A DNA stretch of 64,000 bases from positions 26,822,818 to 26,886,817 of the forward strand of contig NC_081384.1 in assembly GCF_030684315.1 (NCBI RefSeq), read 5' to 3'. Of the stretch, positions 24,743 to 37,529 are shown one piece after another. The notes under the pieces were generated by a model. That model saw nothing but the letters and a program-made list of their open reading frames with translations, did no database searches and was not told where the DNA came from. The stretch comes from Stegostoma tigrinum. Lineage: Eukaryota. Both the position numbers and the translations under genes were made by a program. The first letter of the stretch is position 1; each line of letters begins with the position of its first letter.

Positions 24743-25312
24743 CTCATATTCTATGAGGCCCACCTGGCTGACCTCAGAACAATCACTACAAACACTGTGT
24801 GTGGATTATGGTTAAATGCAATCATCATCTCAGAAAAATGTAACTTAGAACTGAGATAACGTGGTAGGCAGCAAAATATTATTCCACAAATATACTGTCT
24901 GGGCCAACAATTATGCTTTAAGAGAAATTAACATGAGATTGTTTCTTAATATATTAACAGCAGTTCCAATTTATAAGCGTGATCCTTTATAATCCAAAAT
25001 AACTTATTTTTTCTGTATTTCCCATTACAGAGGCCCATGTCAGATGAGTTAGCAATCTTCTGACTTGCTTATTGGACCTTGCAGACTGATAAGAAGCCAC
25101 AGACTCAAACCAGTGGCACGTTGCAAGCTCAGCAAACACCATGGGAACGTTAGTTGACGATAAATTGTTTATCCTTGAGACTGCATTCTCTCCCATCACC
25201 ATAGTCTGCACATCCACTGAGTAATGGAGGCACTTGGATAGTGTGCCTTAGAGAGCTAGCTAACATCAAGGAACTGTATCCATGGTGCAGTCACTACCAT
25301 CAAGAAAGGACG

Positions 25313-25517
25313 TAGAACATAGAACATAGAACATTACAGCACAGTACAGGCCCTTCAGCCCTCAATGTTGTGCCGACCTGTCATACCGATCTGAAGCCCA
25401 TCTAACCTACACTATTCCATGTACGTCCGTATGCTTATCCAATGACGACTTAAATGTACCTAAAGTTGGTGAATCTACTACCGTTGCAGGCAAAGCGTTC
25501 CATTCCCTTACTACTCT
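25313..25517 (-). mobile_element. CR1 3' tail (HER1-like), young
   Basis: (TAGAACA)n tail; minus ORF RVVREWNALPATVVDSPTLGTFKSSLDKH, similar to the end of the 1-1697 element. Confidence 0.9.
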
Positions 25518-26449
25518 TACTAAAGGAGCCAGAGGAAAGGTTTGAAAATAAAAACATTCCATTCCTATAAAAGTGGAAACCTGTGGAGTGGGAAAATCAA
25601 CAATTATTTCACTCTGATGAGGGAATAACTTTTTGTTGGCTGATTTTTTAGCTAACAGGAAATAACTAAATAAACTTGAAATCAGCTGCAATACAAGACA
25701 AGTAATTTACATAGTAGCACAGTAAGCCTATTGGCAATCTAAAGCTGATTAGCATTTCAGTTTGCATGTTATTTTTCTCCTTGCATCAACAAAAATAAGA
25801 GTTTATAAATAAGAGTGTGGTTGGAGAATCATTCTACTGAAAAGGAGTTTCTTCCAAAGAATGTTGAATAAATCATTGACAAGCACTGACTGCCAAAGCA
25901 TTGGCCTGTTTGTACTGTGGCTGATCTTCCAGTAGTAAAAATGACTGTCCCATGTTGGTCTGCCAATAGTGTTAAATCCTGCTGAAACAGTCGCCCACTT
26001 TGCCAAGAAATGCTTGGATCAAGATTCCCCATGGATCAGGGTTTCCATTGACTTCACATAGAAATAACTGATCTCAAATTCTTTGCAGAACATCCAATTA
26101 AATGATTAATTTACGACTCTAGCAAGACAGGAAGTGCTGAAAGAAAAAGAAGCCCAGATCTTCCAAAATTCGTTATTCCTTCTGAATGAAGTAATGGTTG
26201 TTGTCTGACTTTAGAGTGGGGCGTAAACAACAGGTTGATTGTGTAACATTTGATGAAAATAAAAATGTTAATTTTCATTTCAAAGTTATGCCGAGTCAAA
26301 TTTTCAATGGGAAAATGAGCAGAATATGGATTTCCAAATCGATATTCTATGGAAGATCAGAGGAATGGGCTCCAAAATCCTGCCATGCCCTTAATAACGT
26401 AGACTGTCAGAAAATTGAGTGAAGTTAATTAAAAAGAGGCTGACCATGT

Positions 26450-26755
26450 AGAGGTGGTGGCATAGTGATATTGTCAAGGGACGAGTAATCCAGAATCCCA
26501 GCCTTATTCTCTGAGGCATAGATTTCAAGCCCACCATGGCACATTGAATTCAATAAAAATCTAGAAAAGAAAGCTGCCTAATTGTGACAATTATCGACTG
26601 TTGTAAAAATCTGTCTGATTATGAGCTTTCAGGCCTCCTTGTGATTCCAAACCCACAACAATGTGGCTGACTCTTAGCTGCCCTCTGGGCAGTTAGTGAT
26701 GGGTAATAGTTGCTGATGTGGCCAGCAAATACCCACATGCAAAGAAGAAAAAATG
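26450..26755 (+). mobile_element. tRNA-derived SINE with a LINE-type tail
   Basis: Head GGTGGCATAGTG...TTCAAGCCCACCATGGC; body CCCACAACAATGTGGCTGACTCTTAGCTGCCCTCTG. Partial relatives at about 15170-15360, 41380-41620 and 51150-51350. Confidence 0.65.
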
Positions 26756-27306
26756 GCCTGATATTAATGGAGAAATTAGGGTATAGTGGACATAATACTG
26801 ATGCTAAATTGTTACAAATTGTCCATTGCTAAGGTGCCCTAATGTTTTACTATTCTAGACAGGATACTCCAGATCATTATGCTCCTGGGTGAGGAGGGGT
26901 GGACTGGACCCTCCTTTATTTACCCTCACCCTTGATTGGCCACGATAAGATTAATTTTAAAAAGATTCCCTCCCTTGTGGATGCTTTCCTCTCAGACCAA
27001 AGGAATTTATATTTTAAAAGGAGATAATTTAATTAGGTAAATTGAATTATCAAGAAAGTGAGTTTATTAGTTGCTAAATGTGAGAAGAACAATAATGTAC
27101 TTGCATATACCCAGATTAGAAATGAGGAGTGTGTCCAAAAATAAGAGAAATGTAGAAAACAAGATATATAGTTCAATCTTTGGCTTATTTGGCATGACTA
27201 CCCAATGGAATATTCATAGCTGAGCAGTCAATTTTGAGCAGCAAATGAAACATTGATGGCCAGCTTTGAGATCCTTGACATATTTGCAATTGATTAAAAT
27301 TCTTTT

Positions 27307-27629
27307 GATTAGATTAGATTAGATTCCCTACAGTGTGGAAACAGGCCCTTTGGCCCAACAAGTTCACACCGCCCCTTGAAGCATCCCACTCAGACCTATC
27401 CCCCTATAACCCACACACCCCTGAACACTACGGGCAATTTAGCATGGCCAATCCACCTAGCCTGCACATCTTTGGACCGAGGGAGGAAAGCGGAGAACCC
27501 GGAGGAAACCCACGCAGACACGGGGAGAATGTACAAACTCCACACAGACAGTTGCCCGAGGCTGGAATTGAACCCGGGTCCCTGACGCTGTGAGGCTACA
27601 GTGCTACTCACTGAGCCACCATGCCGCCC
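27307..27629 (-). mobile_element. Full-length HE1-type V-SINE
   Basis: Reverse complement GGGCGGCATGGTGGCTCAGTG (A box)...GGGTTCAATTCC (B box), V-domain GTGTGGAGTTTGTACATTCTCCCCGTGTCTGCGTGGGTTTCCTCCGGG, CR1-type tail and (AATCT)n. Confidence 0.95.
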
Positions 27630-29224
27630 TGTTTGATCTGGTTCCTTTTGATAGTGCCTGCCTAAAAGCATTCAGAATGAGCCAGTGCTATTTTTCTCCC
27701 TTTACCAGCAGTGAAGGGGTATTTAATAGTTGTCCAGACCAGCATACCAGTGCACACACTAGAATGACAGACCATCAACACACACAGACTAGGGTTGAAA
27801 TCAGTTTTAAACTGTTTGTCATATAGTCCTAGAAATGTAAAGCATACACATGCTGACAGGAGGTGGCTTCTTTTGAGATACAGTAGACTAGACTCTCATT
27901 ATCTTTGCTTTTCAGTGTTTCTGTCTGAAGTTTCCCTGGCTCTGTACAGGTGTGACATTCCAGAATTCCTTTCCAATCAGCTACTGCATTTACATTGGCA
28001 GTCATCTTTTACCATACATCTTTTTTAAAGAAGAATCATACTTTGCAACTAAATACTCACTATGTCTGTAGGCGATCAGAGTTATGATCCAAGGTCATAA
28101 CATTGAGGACTGATAATTCGACAGGCCTTAATTAATTCAATGGAACGTGACTTAGTTTCCCTCCAAGGCATGTTGAAAAGATAATGGGAGGCATTTGTCC
28201 TACTTGGAGTTAGAAAGAGAGGGGGGAGAAGGTGGAATAATTGGGCAAGTTAACCCTGAGGAGAAACATGTTCACTTTCATCTTCTCTGCAATTGAATAC
28301 TGGACAAGACTTTCTTGACTCACCAGCAATTGAGATTCTTGAATGGTCAATTAATGGTCATTTAAGGGCCTCAACTTGTCACCTGCCTGAATTGTTGCTT
28401 TTCCTTGCTGGCAGGCAATTACCCCAGTATGGGGTAATTGGAGGCATGGATGGTGAGCAAGAGGATGGTCACTGAAGGGCATCCACCTGCCTTTGCTTTC
28501 AATCCTTCAGACTCCCCTTTACCCTTGACAATCAATCTGGTGATCAAAGATAAAAGTCACTTGCCTTGTCTCCCCTAGATCCCACTGGAAAAGCTTTGAC
28601 AGGTGGCCTTTAGGACCCAGAAGCTGCTGCCCTCTAATACCTGTCAGCTCTGAAGAAGCAAATAGGTTGGTGTTGAACCAAATGTTTGTGTTGATGAGGG
28701 TGATGTGTTAGTCGCCACCCAACTCACCTGTACCGCAGCCTTCAAAATAAACGGAAAATCTCAAGTAGTTTCTTTTTCCAAGGCTAGCACCAGAGAAAGA
28801 CACCATGAATCTATCAAAATGTTATAAAAACATTTATAAATAAAAAAAAGTCTATCCTCCTCTAGCTCTGACCTATCTGTCCTCAACTTCCTTCACTGTT
28901 TCAATGAAGCTTAAAAATATCACCTGGTCTTTCAATTAGGTTCTAATGTTGCACTGTGGCGTAGATTCCAGATTGCACAAGTCTGCACCTTTGGGATGCT
29001 TAAATAACATTATAAAATATGACATTCCAGTCTAAAGGTTAGGTTGAGTCTCACCTCATCTCACCTCACCTTCAGTCACTTCCTCTATGTCGTGGGGTCA
29101 GTGTGATGTACAGTAACATTAGTAAGCATAGAATGCAGATTATGTGTATAAATCCATGATGGTGTAGTCTTGAAAACATTTAGTGTTGTAAATAAACTTC
29201 AAGATATCAGATTCTACAGAACGC

Positions 29225-30010
29225 AACTGTTCATGGTACACATATTACTTGATGTTGGAGGAAACACAACACAGACTGGGTGGTCACTTTACAAAATACT
29301 TATCTTCAAAAATCACCCAAGACTGCCACTTTAACACATCATTATGTTCCCTGCCCAACATCTCTGCCTTAGGCTTGCTGCAGTGCTCTAGCGAAGCTCA
29401 GACCCAGCTGAAAAAAACAGCATTTCATTTTCTGCTTGGGGGCCCTACAGTTTTGAGGACTCAATATTGAGTTGACTAATTTTAGGACCTGAGTGCTTCT
29501 CCTATTTCCTAACCCCAACCCAATCACAATCGTGCTTGTCATCACATGGGCCACTACCACAAAAGCAATGCATTGTCAGGCATTAATGGTCCCCATTAAC
29601 AGCTACTGGTTCTCCCAGACTGACCTTGTCTGCCCAATAGCTGGTCTCTTTAAAAATCAAAAGAACTACAGATGCTGTAAATCAAGAACAAAAACAATTC
29701 CTGGAAAAGCTCAGCAGGTTTGGTAGCATCTATGAAGGAGAAAACAGAGTTAACATTTTGGGTCCAGTGATCCTTCCTCCGAACCCTTCTCTTTCTCTGG
29801 GCTCCAGCTCCATGTATCATTTACTCCTCCTCCCAACCCCAGCCTATATCCAGCATATGTATTCCCCTTTTCCTAGCTGCAACCAGTTCTGAGGAAGGGT
29901 CACTGGGCCTGATATGTTAACTCTACACAGATGCTGCCAGACCACTTGTGTTTCTCCAGCATTTTCTGTTTATGTTTCAGACTTCCAACATCTACAGTTC
30001 ATTGACTTTT
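29225..30010 (+). mobile_element. Old PLE 3' region (decayed GIY-YIG and tail) containing an antisense PLE end at about 29652-29785
   Basis: ETQHRLGGHFTKYL...ISALGLLQCSSEAQ. Tail core TTCTGAGGAAGGGTCACTGGGCCTGATATGTTAAC near 29890. Confidence 0.75.
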
Positions 30011-30054
30011 TTTGTTTGTGGTAAATGTTACACAAGCTAACATGTACAAACCTA

Positions 30055-30821
30055 GCGAGTTTTGAGAAGATTTGTAGCTCAGGTTGAGGTTCTGGATGTG
30101 AGTTGCTCGCTGAGCTGGAAGGTTAGTTTTCAGATGTTTCGTCACCATTCTAGATAACATCATCAGTGAGCCTCTGATGAAACGCTGGTGTTATGTCCCG
30201 CTTTCTATTTATCTGGTTAGGTTTCCTTGGGTTGGTGATGTCATTTCCTGTTCTTTTTCTCAGGGGATGGTAGATTGGCTCCAAATCAATGTGTTTGTTG
30301 ATGGAGTTCCATTTGGAATGCCAAACTTCTGGGAATTCTTGTGTGTGTCTCTGTTTGGCTTGTCCTAGGATGGATGTGCTGTCCCAATCAAAGTGGTGTC
30401 CTTCCTCATCTGTATGTAAGGATATGAGTGATAGGACATGATACGACATGACCCACTATCACTCGTATCCTTACATACAGATGAGAAAGGACACCACTTT
30501 GATTGGGACAACACATCCATCCTGGAACAAGCCAAACAGAGACACGCACGAGAATTCCGAGAAGCATGGCATTCCAACCGGAACTCCATCAACAAACACA
30601 TTGGCCCCCAATTAACCTACCATCCCCTGAGAAAAAGAACAGGAAATGACACCATCAACGCAGGAAATGACATCACCAACCCAAGGAAACCTAAACAAAT
30701 AAATAGAATGCAGGACATAACACCAGCGCTTCGTCGGAGGCTCACTGATGATGTTACCTAGAATGGTGACGAAATGTCTGAAAACTAACCTTCCAGCTCA
30801 GCGAGCAAACTCACATCCAGA
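30055..30821. mobile_element. Large fold-back PLE insertion (second family), about 770-bp palindrome with 13-bp TSD
   Basis: Both arms encode HHFDWDxTSILxQAKQRHxxEFxExWHSxxNSINKHI in opposite orientation; centre about 30445. TSD ATGTACMAACCTA at 30042-30054 and 30822-30834. Confidence 0.93.
30745..30778 (+). ncRNA. Hammerhead ribozyme core with one CpG mutation; mirror copy on the minus strand at about 30133-30166
   Basis: CUGAUGA-U-GUUACC-UAGAAU-GGUGAC-GAAAUGUC. The mirror arm reads GAAACAUC, so the ancestor was GAAACGUC. Confidence 0.75.
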
Positions 30822-32989
30822 ATGTACCAACCTATAAATTGCATCATCTTACAGCCTTCAACACTCAACATTGAGTTCAACAAATTCAAATCATAATCAT
30901 TGCCCCATTTTTTGAACAGCAGTTACTGTTAGTAATTCTGTTTTCATAATTTTCAGCTCTTTTATTTATTTTATTGCATCATTACAACATTGTGCCAACA
31001 TAATTTTTTGTCATTTAATCATTGCTGCCTACCACGCTGTCACAAACGTTTCCTTCTGTTCTTTCCACCTCTCCCTACTTTCTCTGCTTTTCTACTTAAA
31101 GCCTATTTCATCTCGATCTGTTTCACATTCTAATGAAAGACACTGACTCGCAACATTAATTGTTTTGGTCTCTCCTTAAATGCTGCTCAATCTGCTGAGG
31201 ACTTCCTGCATTTTCTGCTTTTATTTCAGATTTTCTGCAGAAATGCATTTTTGAATCTCAATTATTATTTGTTTTCTTGGAAGGACTTTATTTCCAGGCA
31301 AACTTTTGCTATGTTCCCTCCCGACAACCCAATACAAAATATTAAGGCCTTTGGGATATTGCACGGGATTTGACAAATGACAGAATGTTCACAACTTTCA
31401 GATGGTGGGAATTTAGCAGCCTACAAAATTTGAACATCTAACCTTCCTTTCAAAACGGTAGATACTGACGTAATTTTGCTTGATAGCAATGTGATCCAAT
31501 TATTGACAATACAGATCAGTGAACTTGGAGACAAAAACAGAAATTGCTGGCAAAACTCAGCAGGTCAGTCAGCGTCTGTGGAGGGAAAGCAGAGTTAATG
31601 TCCAGTGGCTCGACATTAGAATTAGTTAATTCAAAAGAGGTGAACTCAGAGATTTGTGACACCATTCAGAGTGGTCTACCTACTGCTGGAGTAATAAAGG
31701 GAATGGCCGACATTTCCCAGTCAAAAATGTCACTCGCAATGTCAGTAGCTGAAGTAATTCATGCAAGGGAACTTCAGAAAAGGATAAATACACAGCCAAA
31801 AGTACAAATTGTCATTAGCCTCATGAAAATGATGTCTTGTTGTTGGATGGAATCTTCTGGGCCAATGTGAAGCATTTCAAAAGGTGGGAGAGGCAACTTA
31901 ATTGAGTGGGATGCTAAAGTACAGATTCCCAGCATTTTGATTTGAAGCCTCAGAAACTTTCAGGTAGGTCTGCCCAGCACATGGTAACTGTTGAAGACGA
32001 TGATTGCTTTTATTAGTATGTCACAATTACTTATTGACAAATGAGCCAGCTGACGTTATCTTCACAGGAGCAAATCTCTGATGCAAAGGCAAAAAAAAAA
32101 GTTGTTAACCAACTTTTTGTACAATTAACATAGGTGACATGTTTTACTAGGTCGTGCTGATAGCAATTGGTCCTTCATAACCAAAGTTCTTCTTTGCTGA
32201 CACGGTTGAAGCGTAAGGGATTGAGTCTCCATGAGCAATTGATTATAGTCTGTATGATAAAATGAAGCACTCACTTCATCAAAAAGGCTAACAAGCTCTA
32301 GCCACTCATAATGCCAACAAGATCCTGTAAAGCTTTGAACTCTGACATGGAGGAAACATCCCAGATAACAATTTTAGTGGTGGTGATGGTGGGGATTGGC
32401 CTATGATAAGTCATACAGGAATCTTCATTAGCCCACGTATCAGAACCTTGCAGACACAGGGATGAAGCCATCATATATACTGTTGATTCCATGGTCACAG
32501 GCCAGGTCGCAGGGGATAATGAAGATGACCAAGAGTCAAAGTGAGCAACATACCACATGCTTAGAATGCACCATACACTTAAAGCTACAAATTCCTTGCA
32601 CAAGGCTGAATTTGGAAGAGGTCCTCCAAGATGGGCTTTACAGTATTGAGGTGGCTGCAAAGTAGACCTGTGCTCAAGTTTAGAAGCAGCCTAATAAAGG
32701 TTGATTAAAAGCCAGTTTGACTTGGGAAAATTCTCTATAGGAAACAAAACATCTCTTTCTTCTTTTTGTTCACACATCCCTACTTCAATGTAAATTGTGT
32801 GGCTAGCTAAAAGCAACAGTTGCACTGGTTTTATTGCAGCTAGGAAGGAGGAAGAGAGGATGAAAGAATGTTCAGTGCCAACAGCACCATTGACCTGAGG
32901 CTCAGGGACCTCTAAATTTGGAGCATCTAGCAGTGTCTAATGAGGGCAACCAATGTCTTTAGTGCCTTTGAACCATGAGCTGCAAGAGG

Positions 32990-33900
32990 AGTTACTAAAG
33001 GTCGGACAGCTAACTTCAGATAAGTGAATGCCAATGCCTCAGATTTTTTCACATGACTAGGAACACTACCACATCCTGCAAGCAGCAGCATGGCTTGGGA
33101 GGAAGCGCGGTGTCTATAGTGCTGAAGCTCACTGCAAGAATGTACTCACCTGTCATCAGCTCCCTTGAATACCATCTCTCACCCTGCTGCCTGCAACTTC
33201 ATTCATGAGTTCATGATTATCCTTCTTGTGAAAGCAAGTCTTTTTGTGCAGCTCACCCACGGACTCAAAGACAGTCAAGCTGCCCAAGTTGTTGGATTTA
33301 CATTCATCACTGGGTTCCCTCAGGTATAAGGGACCATCGACTTTTCATATGTGGCATGCAGAGTTCCACGGCATCATCCAGCTAGATTCCTGAGCTAGAG
33401 GGGATTCCAGTTTGTTTGCAAACCCAGGCAATAACTACCTCAGGTATGCACCCAATAACCAAAGAGCTTCCACAATGCTTATTATCTGCACAACTCTCAA
33501 ATGCTGCTAATATTGCTCCCCTGAATCTTGTTCAGGCTCTTGGGTAATGAGCTGTATCCCAGAAGACATGGTTAATGATCACCATGCAAATCCCAACATG
33601 ATGCTATAATGTGATACAATGTTGTCCATGCATCAACTAGAGCCACTGCTAAACAGACACCTAGTCTGCTGTTGCCTTTGCCTGGATCGGTCTGGAAGAG
33701 TACTCTAGAACTCACTAAACCAAGTTGCCAGGAAGGTAATTGCTGCCCTCTCAAACCCGGTCAATGTCTTGGTACCTAAGTAGCAGAGGGAGTGACGCAC
33801 CAGACACGTCTCTTCAGATGGGGATACACTTCCTGAGCTGTTCATTTGATAATGATTCAAATGAAATGGTAAGGGAAATGTACAGTTGCTAATCCTATTC
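32990..33900 (+). mobile_element. Second PIF/Harbinger transposase relic, heavily decayed
   Basis: ITGFPQV*GTIDFSYVA (GFPxVxGAIDCTHV), RFLS*RGF (FxNRKGF) and LLGNELYP (LLGDxGYP). Confidence 0.8.
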
Positions 33901-34519
33901 ACTTAGATTGTGATGCCTTCCAGAGAGTATCATGCCTTTTCTATCTACCACTGACAGCAAATTCCAGCACAACATTTCATGGAAGTCAACCAGGCACTGG
34001 CAAGTTTTACTCATGGCACATGCCATTCATTCAGCCACTACATCAAATTCTAAGCCAATGTAATCATGAGTGTAACCAGCATTCAAGACAGAACTCTCCG
34101 CATTATGTATCAATGACATGTCATAGAATTGAACTCTTGCACATTGGTGTCAATGCTTGCATTTTCAAAAGTGCTCAGGCAAGTACATGTTAATGGGCAT
34201 GAGAGTACACTTCAATAATTGTACAGAATCTCTATTTAGTCCTCTGTTATTGATGTTGGGAAGTTGAATGAGTGAAACTTCCTGTTAAACAAAGGTTGGG
34301 CAATAATAATGACTAAATATTAATGACTGTTGTGGTGGATTCTTATGGCACTAGTTTGAAATGACGAATGTATATTTAGCTCTTTAAGTCCTCTTGTGGC
34401 TCATTGAATAGCTTTCTATCCTTCGATTATTGAATTAATACATGGGTTTTGATTCAATCCGCAAATCTAACATGCAAATCGACTGTGTCAATTTTTTTCC
34501 TGCTTTCTCCCTCCTGCAG

Positions 34520-34600
34520 GATTATCCAACAAACTAGGCTGGAATTGATAACGTTACCCAATCAGAAATTGGAGACATTAAAACACTTGGGGTATCTGTT
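34520..34600 (+). other. Candidate 81-nt internal exon
   Basis: Strong acceptor TTTTTTTCCTGCTTTCTCCCTCCTGCAG and donor TT|GTAAGT. Only one of three frames is open (phase 2-2): IIQQTRLELITLPNQKLETLKHLGYL. Confidence 0.45.
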
Positions 34601-36244
34601 GTAAGTCAGAGACAAAGTGCACAAAACGATGAGGCTCAATTTAAAATCTCTCAAACTGCATTGAAACCAGTCTCATGAAATGTTACCTCAAGAGTATTGA
34701 AGCTGTAGCTGTTTTATTAAGTACTTAGGAACTACCCAAGGCAGAGATTAATAAGGTTTGCTTCATTAAGGAGTGAACATAATGAAAGAGCCTGACAATC
34801 CCTTCAGATGGCCCTAATGTAGTCTTCAAGGTTGCTGTGCAACATATAACATTCCAAACTTAATGCATTCTTCAGGACTTATCAATGAGAAAATCAAGAG
34901 ACTTGGTGGCTGTCTGCAGACATGGGCTCTTATCCTTCATTTATCATTGTATTCACTTCCTGTAAATGATTTCCAAGAGATTAGGTTAACATGCAAAGCT
35001 GCAGTTTACTTTTACCAGCTAAATCAACACTATCAGCTCACTTTTGTGACTTCAAAATGAGTAAATCATTCATCCCTGTTTGTTGTCTTGAGTCTAAACA
35101 ATTTGATTATCCTGATGGAAATGAAGAATCCATCCCTTCATTTTTAAAGCAGTTTTGATGGTTTGATTGTTTCTTTTCCCCTTGTTACACATAGCTGCAT
35201 GCTCATGGACTTGGAGATTTCAGAAATTGTTCATTTTCCATTTGCAGCTGTTAGCAATTCACTCACATTGATACTTGTGTTTACTCCTAGTCAGATCTCA
35301 CTCAGATAACTTGGCAATATTTGGCAATATGACCTCAATGTCTTTCTTCCAGCAGCAGAGCAATATAAGAGGAAATTGAGAATTTTTTTTCTTTCTAAGT
35401 GAAGATATTAAGGGACAGGGAGAAAAAGTGGAGTTAAGATGTAGATCAAACATCAGGCAGATAGATGAGATGGTGAATAGCTTCTCCCTGTCCCAATGCT
35501 CCCAAAATAAATCACATGGATATATTCCACTATTTTTTAAAGAAATGTCAGTCATAGCCAACAACTACGATAGTGACTGGGTGTTACAACTCAATGGGTC
35601 AGTTATATGAAAAATGAGTTTGCTACTAAGAATAACAGAACATCTGTTACACCTCAAGCAATGTTTCACAGTTCCTCAACAGCAAAATTGCCACTTCTAT
35701 TGCATAACTGAAAAAAAGCTTGCAGTTCTCGTATAAGAGCCCCGAGAAAATGCAGATTGCAATTTACCTACTGATAATTCCAGTTTAGCATGGCACAATG
35801 CACTTCTGAAACAGTGCAACTTACGTTATGTAATGACTTTAAGTTGAATGCACTGGATTGGAGTGAAAGCTTATCATCAGAAGCTGTTACTTGTGTACTA
35901 GACATTTCAAATTATTTCTAAATATTTTAAGTCATAATTTAGACGTAGTGTTGCAGGTTCACTTGCTGCTAATTAGACAATAATACCATTGAGGTAGGAG
36001 AGGCAGGGCCAACGGAGGAGGGGTCAGAGTTGTAAAATACTAATGCCAACAACTCCTGCATCTGAGAGTCTCACATGGATCCACTGAAGGGATGCCAAAT
36101 GGGACAAGATATGGCATCGCCCTGAGTCATTTGGGTCTCAAGGTCAAATTATGGCTCAAACCTCTTGCGAAAATTGAATTAATTCAATGTGATTCCCATA
36201 TAGGATGTCGTAGGTGTTGCCTCTTACTTCCACGGTGTTACAGA

Positions 36245-36500
36245 GTGGAGCTTTGGTGGTGTAGTGGTAGCGTCAACACCTTTGTGCCAGAAGGCATGGC
36301 TTCAAGTCTCACTTACTCCACAGGTGTATAATACCATCTCTGAACAGGTTGATTATAAAGTATCTCTAATAGATCCCCAGAGGGTTCCTGTGGTGCAGTG
36401 AAAGTGACACTGCCTCTGAACCAGGAACGCAGGTTCAAGTCCCACTTGCTCTAGAGGCGTGGCATGTCATCTCTGGACTGGTTGATTCAAAAAAAGTCTC
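36245..36500 (+). mobile_element. Two tandem short tRNA-derived SINE units (about 120 bp each)
   Basis: GGTGGTGTAGTGG...TTCAAGTCTCACTTACTCC...TCTCTGAACAGGTTGATT, then GTGGTGCAGTG...GGTTCAAGTCCCACTTGCTCT...TCTCTGGACTGGTTGATT. Confidence 0.65.
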
Positions 36501-36504
36501 CAAG

Positions 36505-36835
36505 AACCATAGAATCTCAACTAGGCCATTTGGCTCATTGACTCCACACTGACCCTTTGAAAAGCATCCTATCCAGACACGTACCCCTACTCTCTTCCTG
36601 TAACCTTGCACTTTCCCATGGATAATCCACCTAGTCTATACATCCCTGGACACTGTGGTCAAGCCAACGAATCTGCACAGCTTCAGACTGTGGGAGGAAA
36701 CTGGAACAGCTGGAGGAAACCCACAAAGAAATGGGGAGAAAGTGCAAACTCTACGTGGACTGACAGTGGAATTGAAGCTGGGTCCCTGCTGCTGTAAGAC
36801 AGCAGCACAAATCACTGAGTCATTGTGCCACCCAA
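36505..36835 (-). mobile_element. HE1-type V-SINE, older copy
   Basis: Same layout as 27307-27629, diverged. Confidence 0.8.
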
Positions 36836-37529
36836 ATCCTGGCTCCCTTCCCCACAGCCAGAGGATGTAAACTTCTGTTTCAAATTGCAGAATATCTGGT
36901 GAGTTGACATTTCCAGGTGTGGCGTAAATGTTATATATACCTGCCATTTGGATGGCCTCTGAACCCAAGAAGCAAGTGTGACAATGGGAGTGGGAGACGT
37001 GGAGTGATTGGGACTGGGAGATGAACGGTAGAGATTGGAGGTGGCACTGAAAGGGAGAAGGTGTAGGCAGGAAGTGAGAGCTGTGTGATTCTGGGAATGA
37101 AGACATCAGGCTGAGGTGAGGAAGAAAAATTTGATCCAAATGCTAAAGATATAGTTTAAACATTTTAAATTTACAATGTTTAGAAGTCCATTGAAATATT
37201 CGATTTTCATTAGAAGCTATCTGCTTAATCTTACTTTTGTTTTGGCTAACTACTACTTAAGTCGGTTTTCAGTAGGGTTTCTCACTGTGAGTACTATCTT
37301 ACCTAACTGGCATCATTACATACCCACTCCATGTCCACGGTGCTTCTCACGTTCGATTTCTGCCTCATCTTATCATGCACCCATTCCTGAAACAACAGGG
37401 AATAAATATCAGCTGAAAGACTGGCACTCCTTGTGTCCATGTCGCCTTTAAAATGTTATTGTGTTCCCAGGCCATCACTGGCATGTGAAACTGACCTGTT
37501 TGATCAAAGATGTGTGCACAAGATGTCAG

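Larger units (their letters stand above)
23697..24790 (-). mobile_element. Solo-LTR-like element interrupted by two PLE insertions
   Basis: TGAAATAACTCC (23697) ... AATCACTACA (24790). It is collinear with the 21314-21546 copy once both inserts are removed. Confidence 0.8.

Noticed and set aside
25800-26420. Unique-looking segment with overlapping 60-75 aa ORFs
   Set aside because: No recognisable protein motif or convincing splice-site pair; could be regulatory, but there is no direct support.
26870-27250. Possible reverse-oriented LTR fragment
   Set aside because: No defined TG...CA ends or second copy in the window.
27540-27629. tRNA gene-like A/B boxes here and at 36.3, 44.9, 46.0 and 63.5 kb
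   Set aside because: These are SINE heads followed by SINE bodies; no complete cloverleaf is evident.
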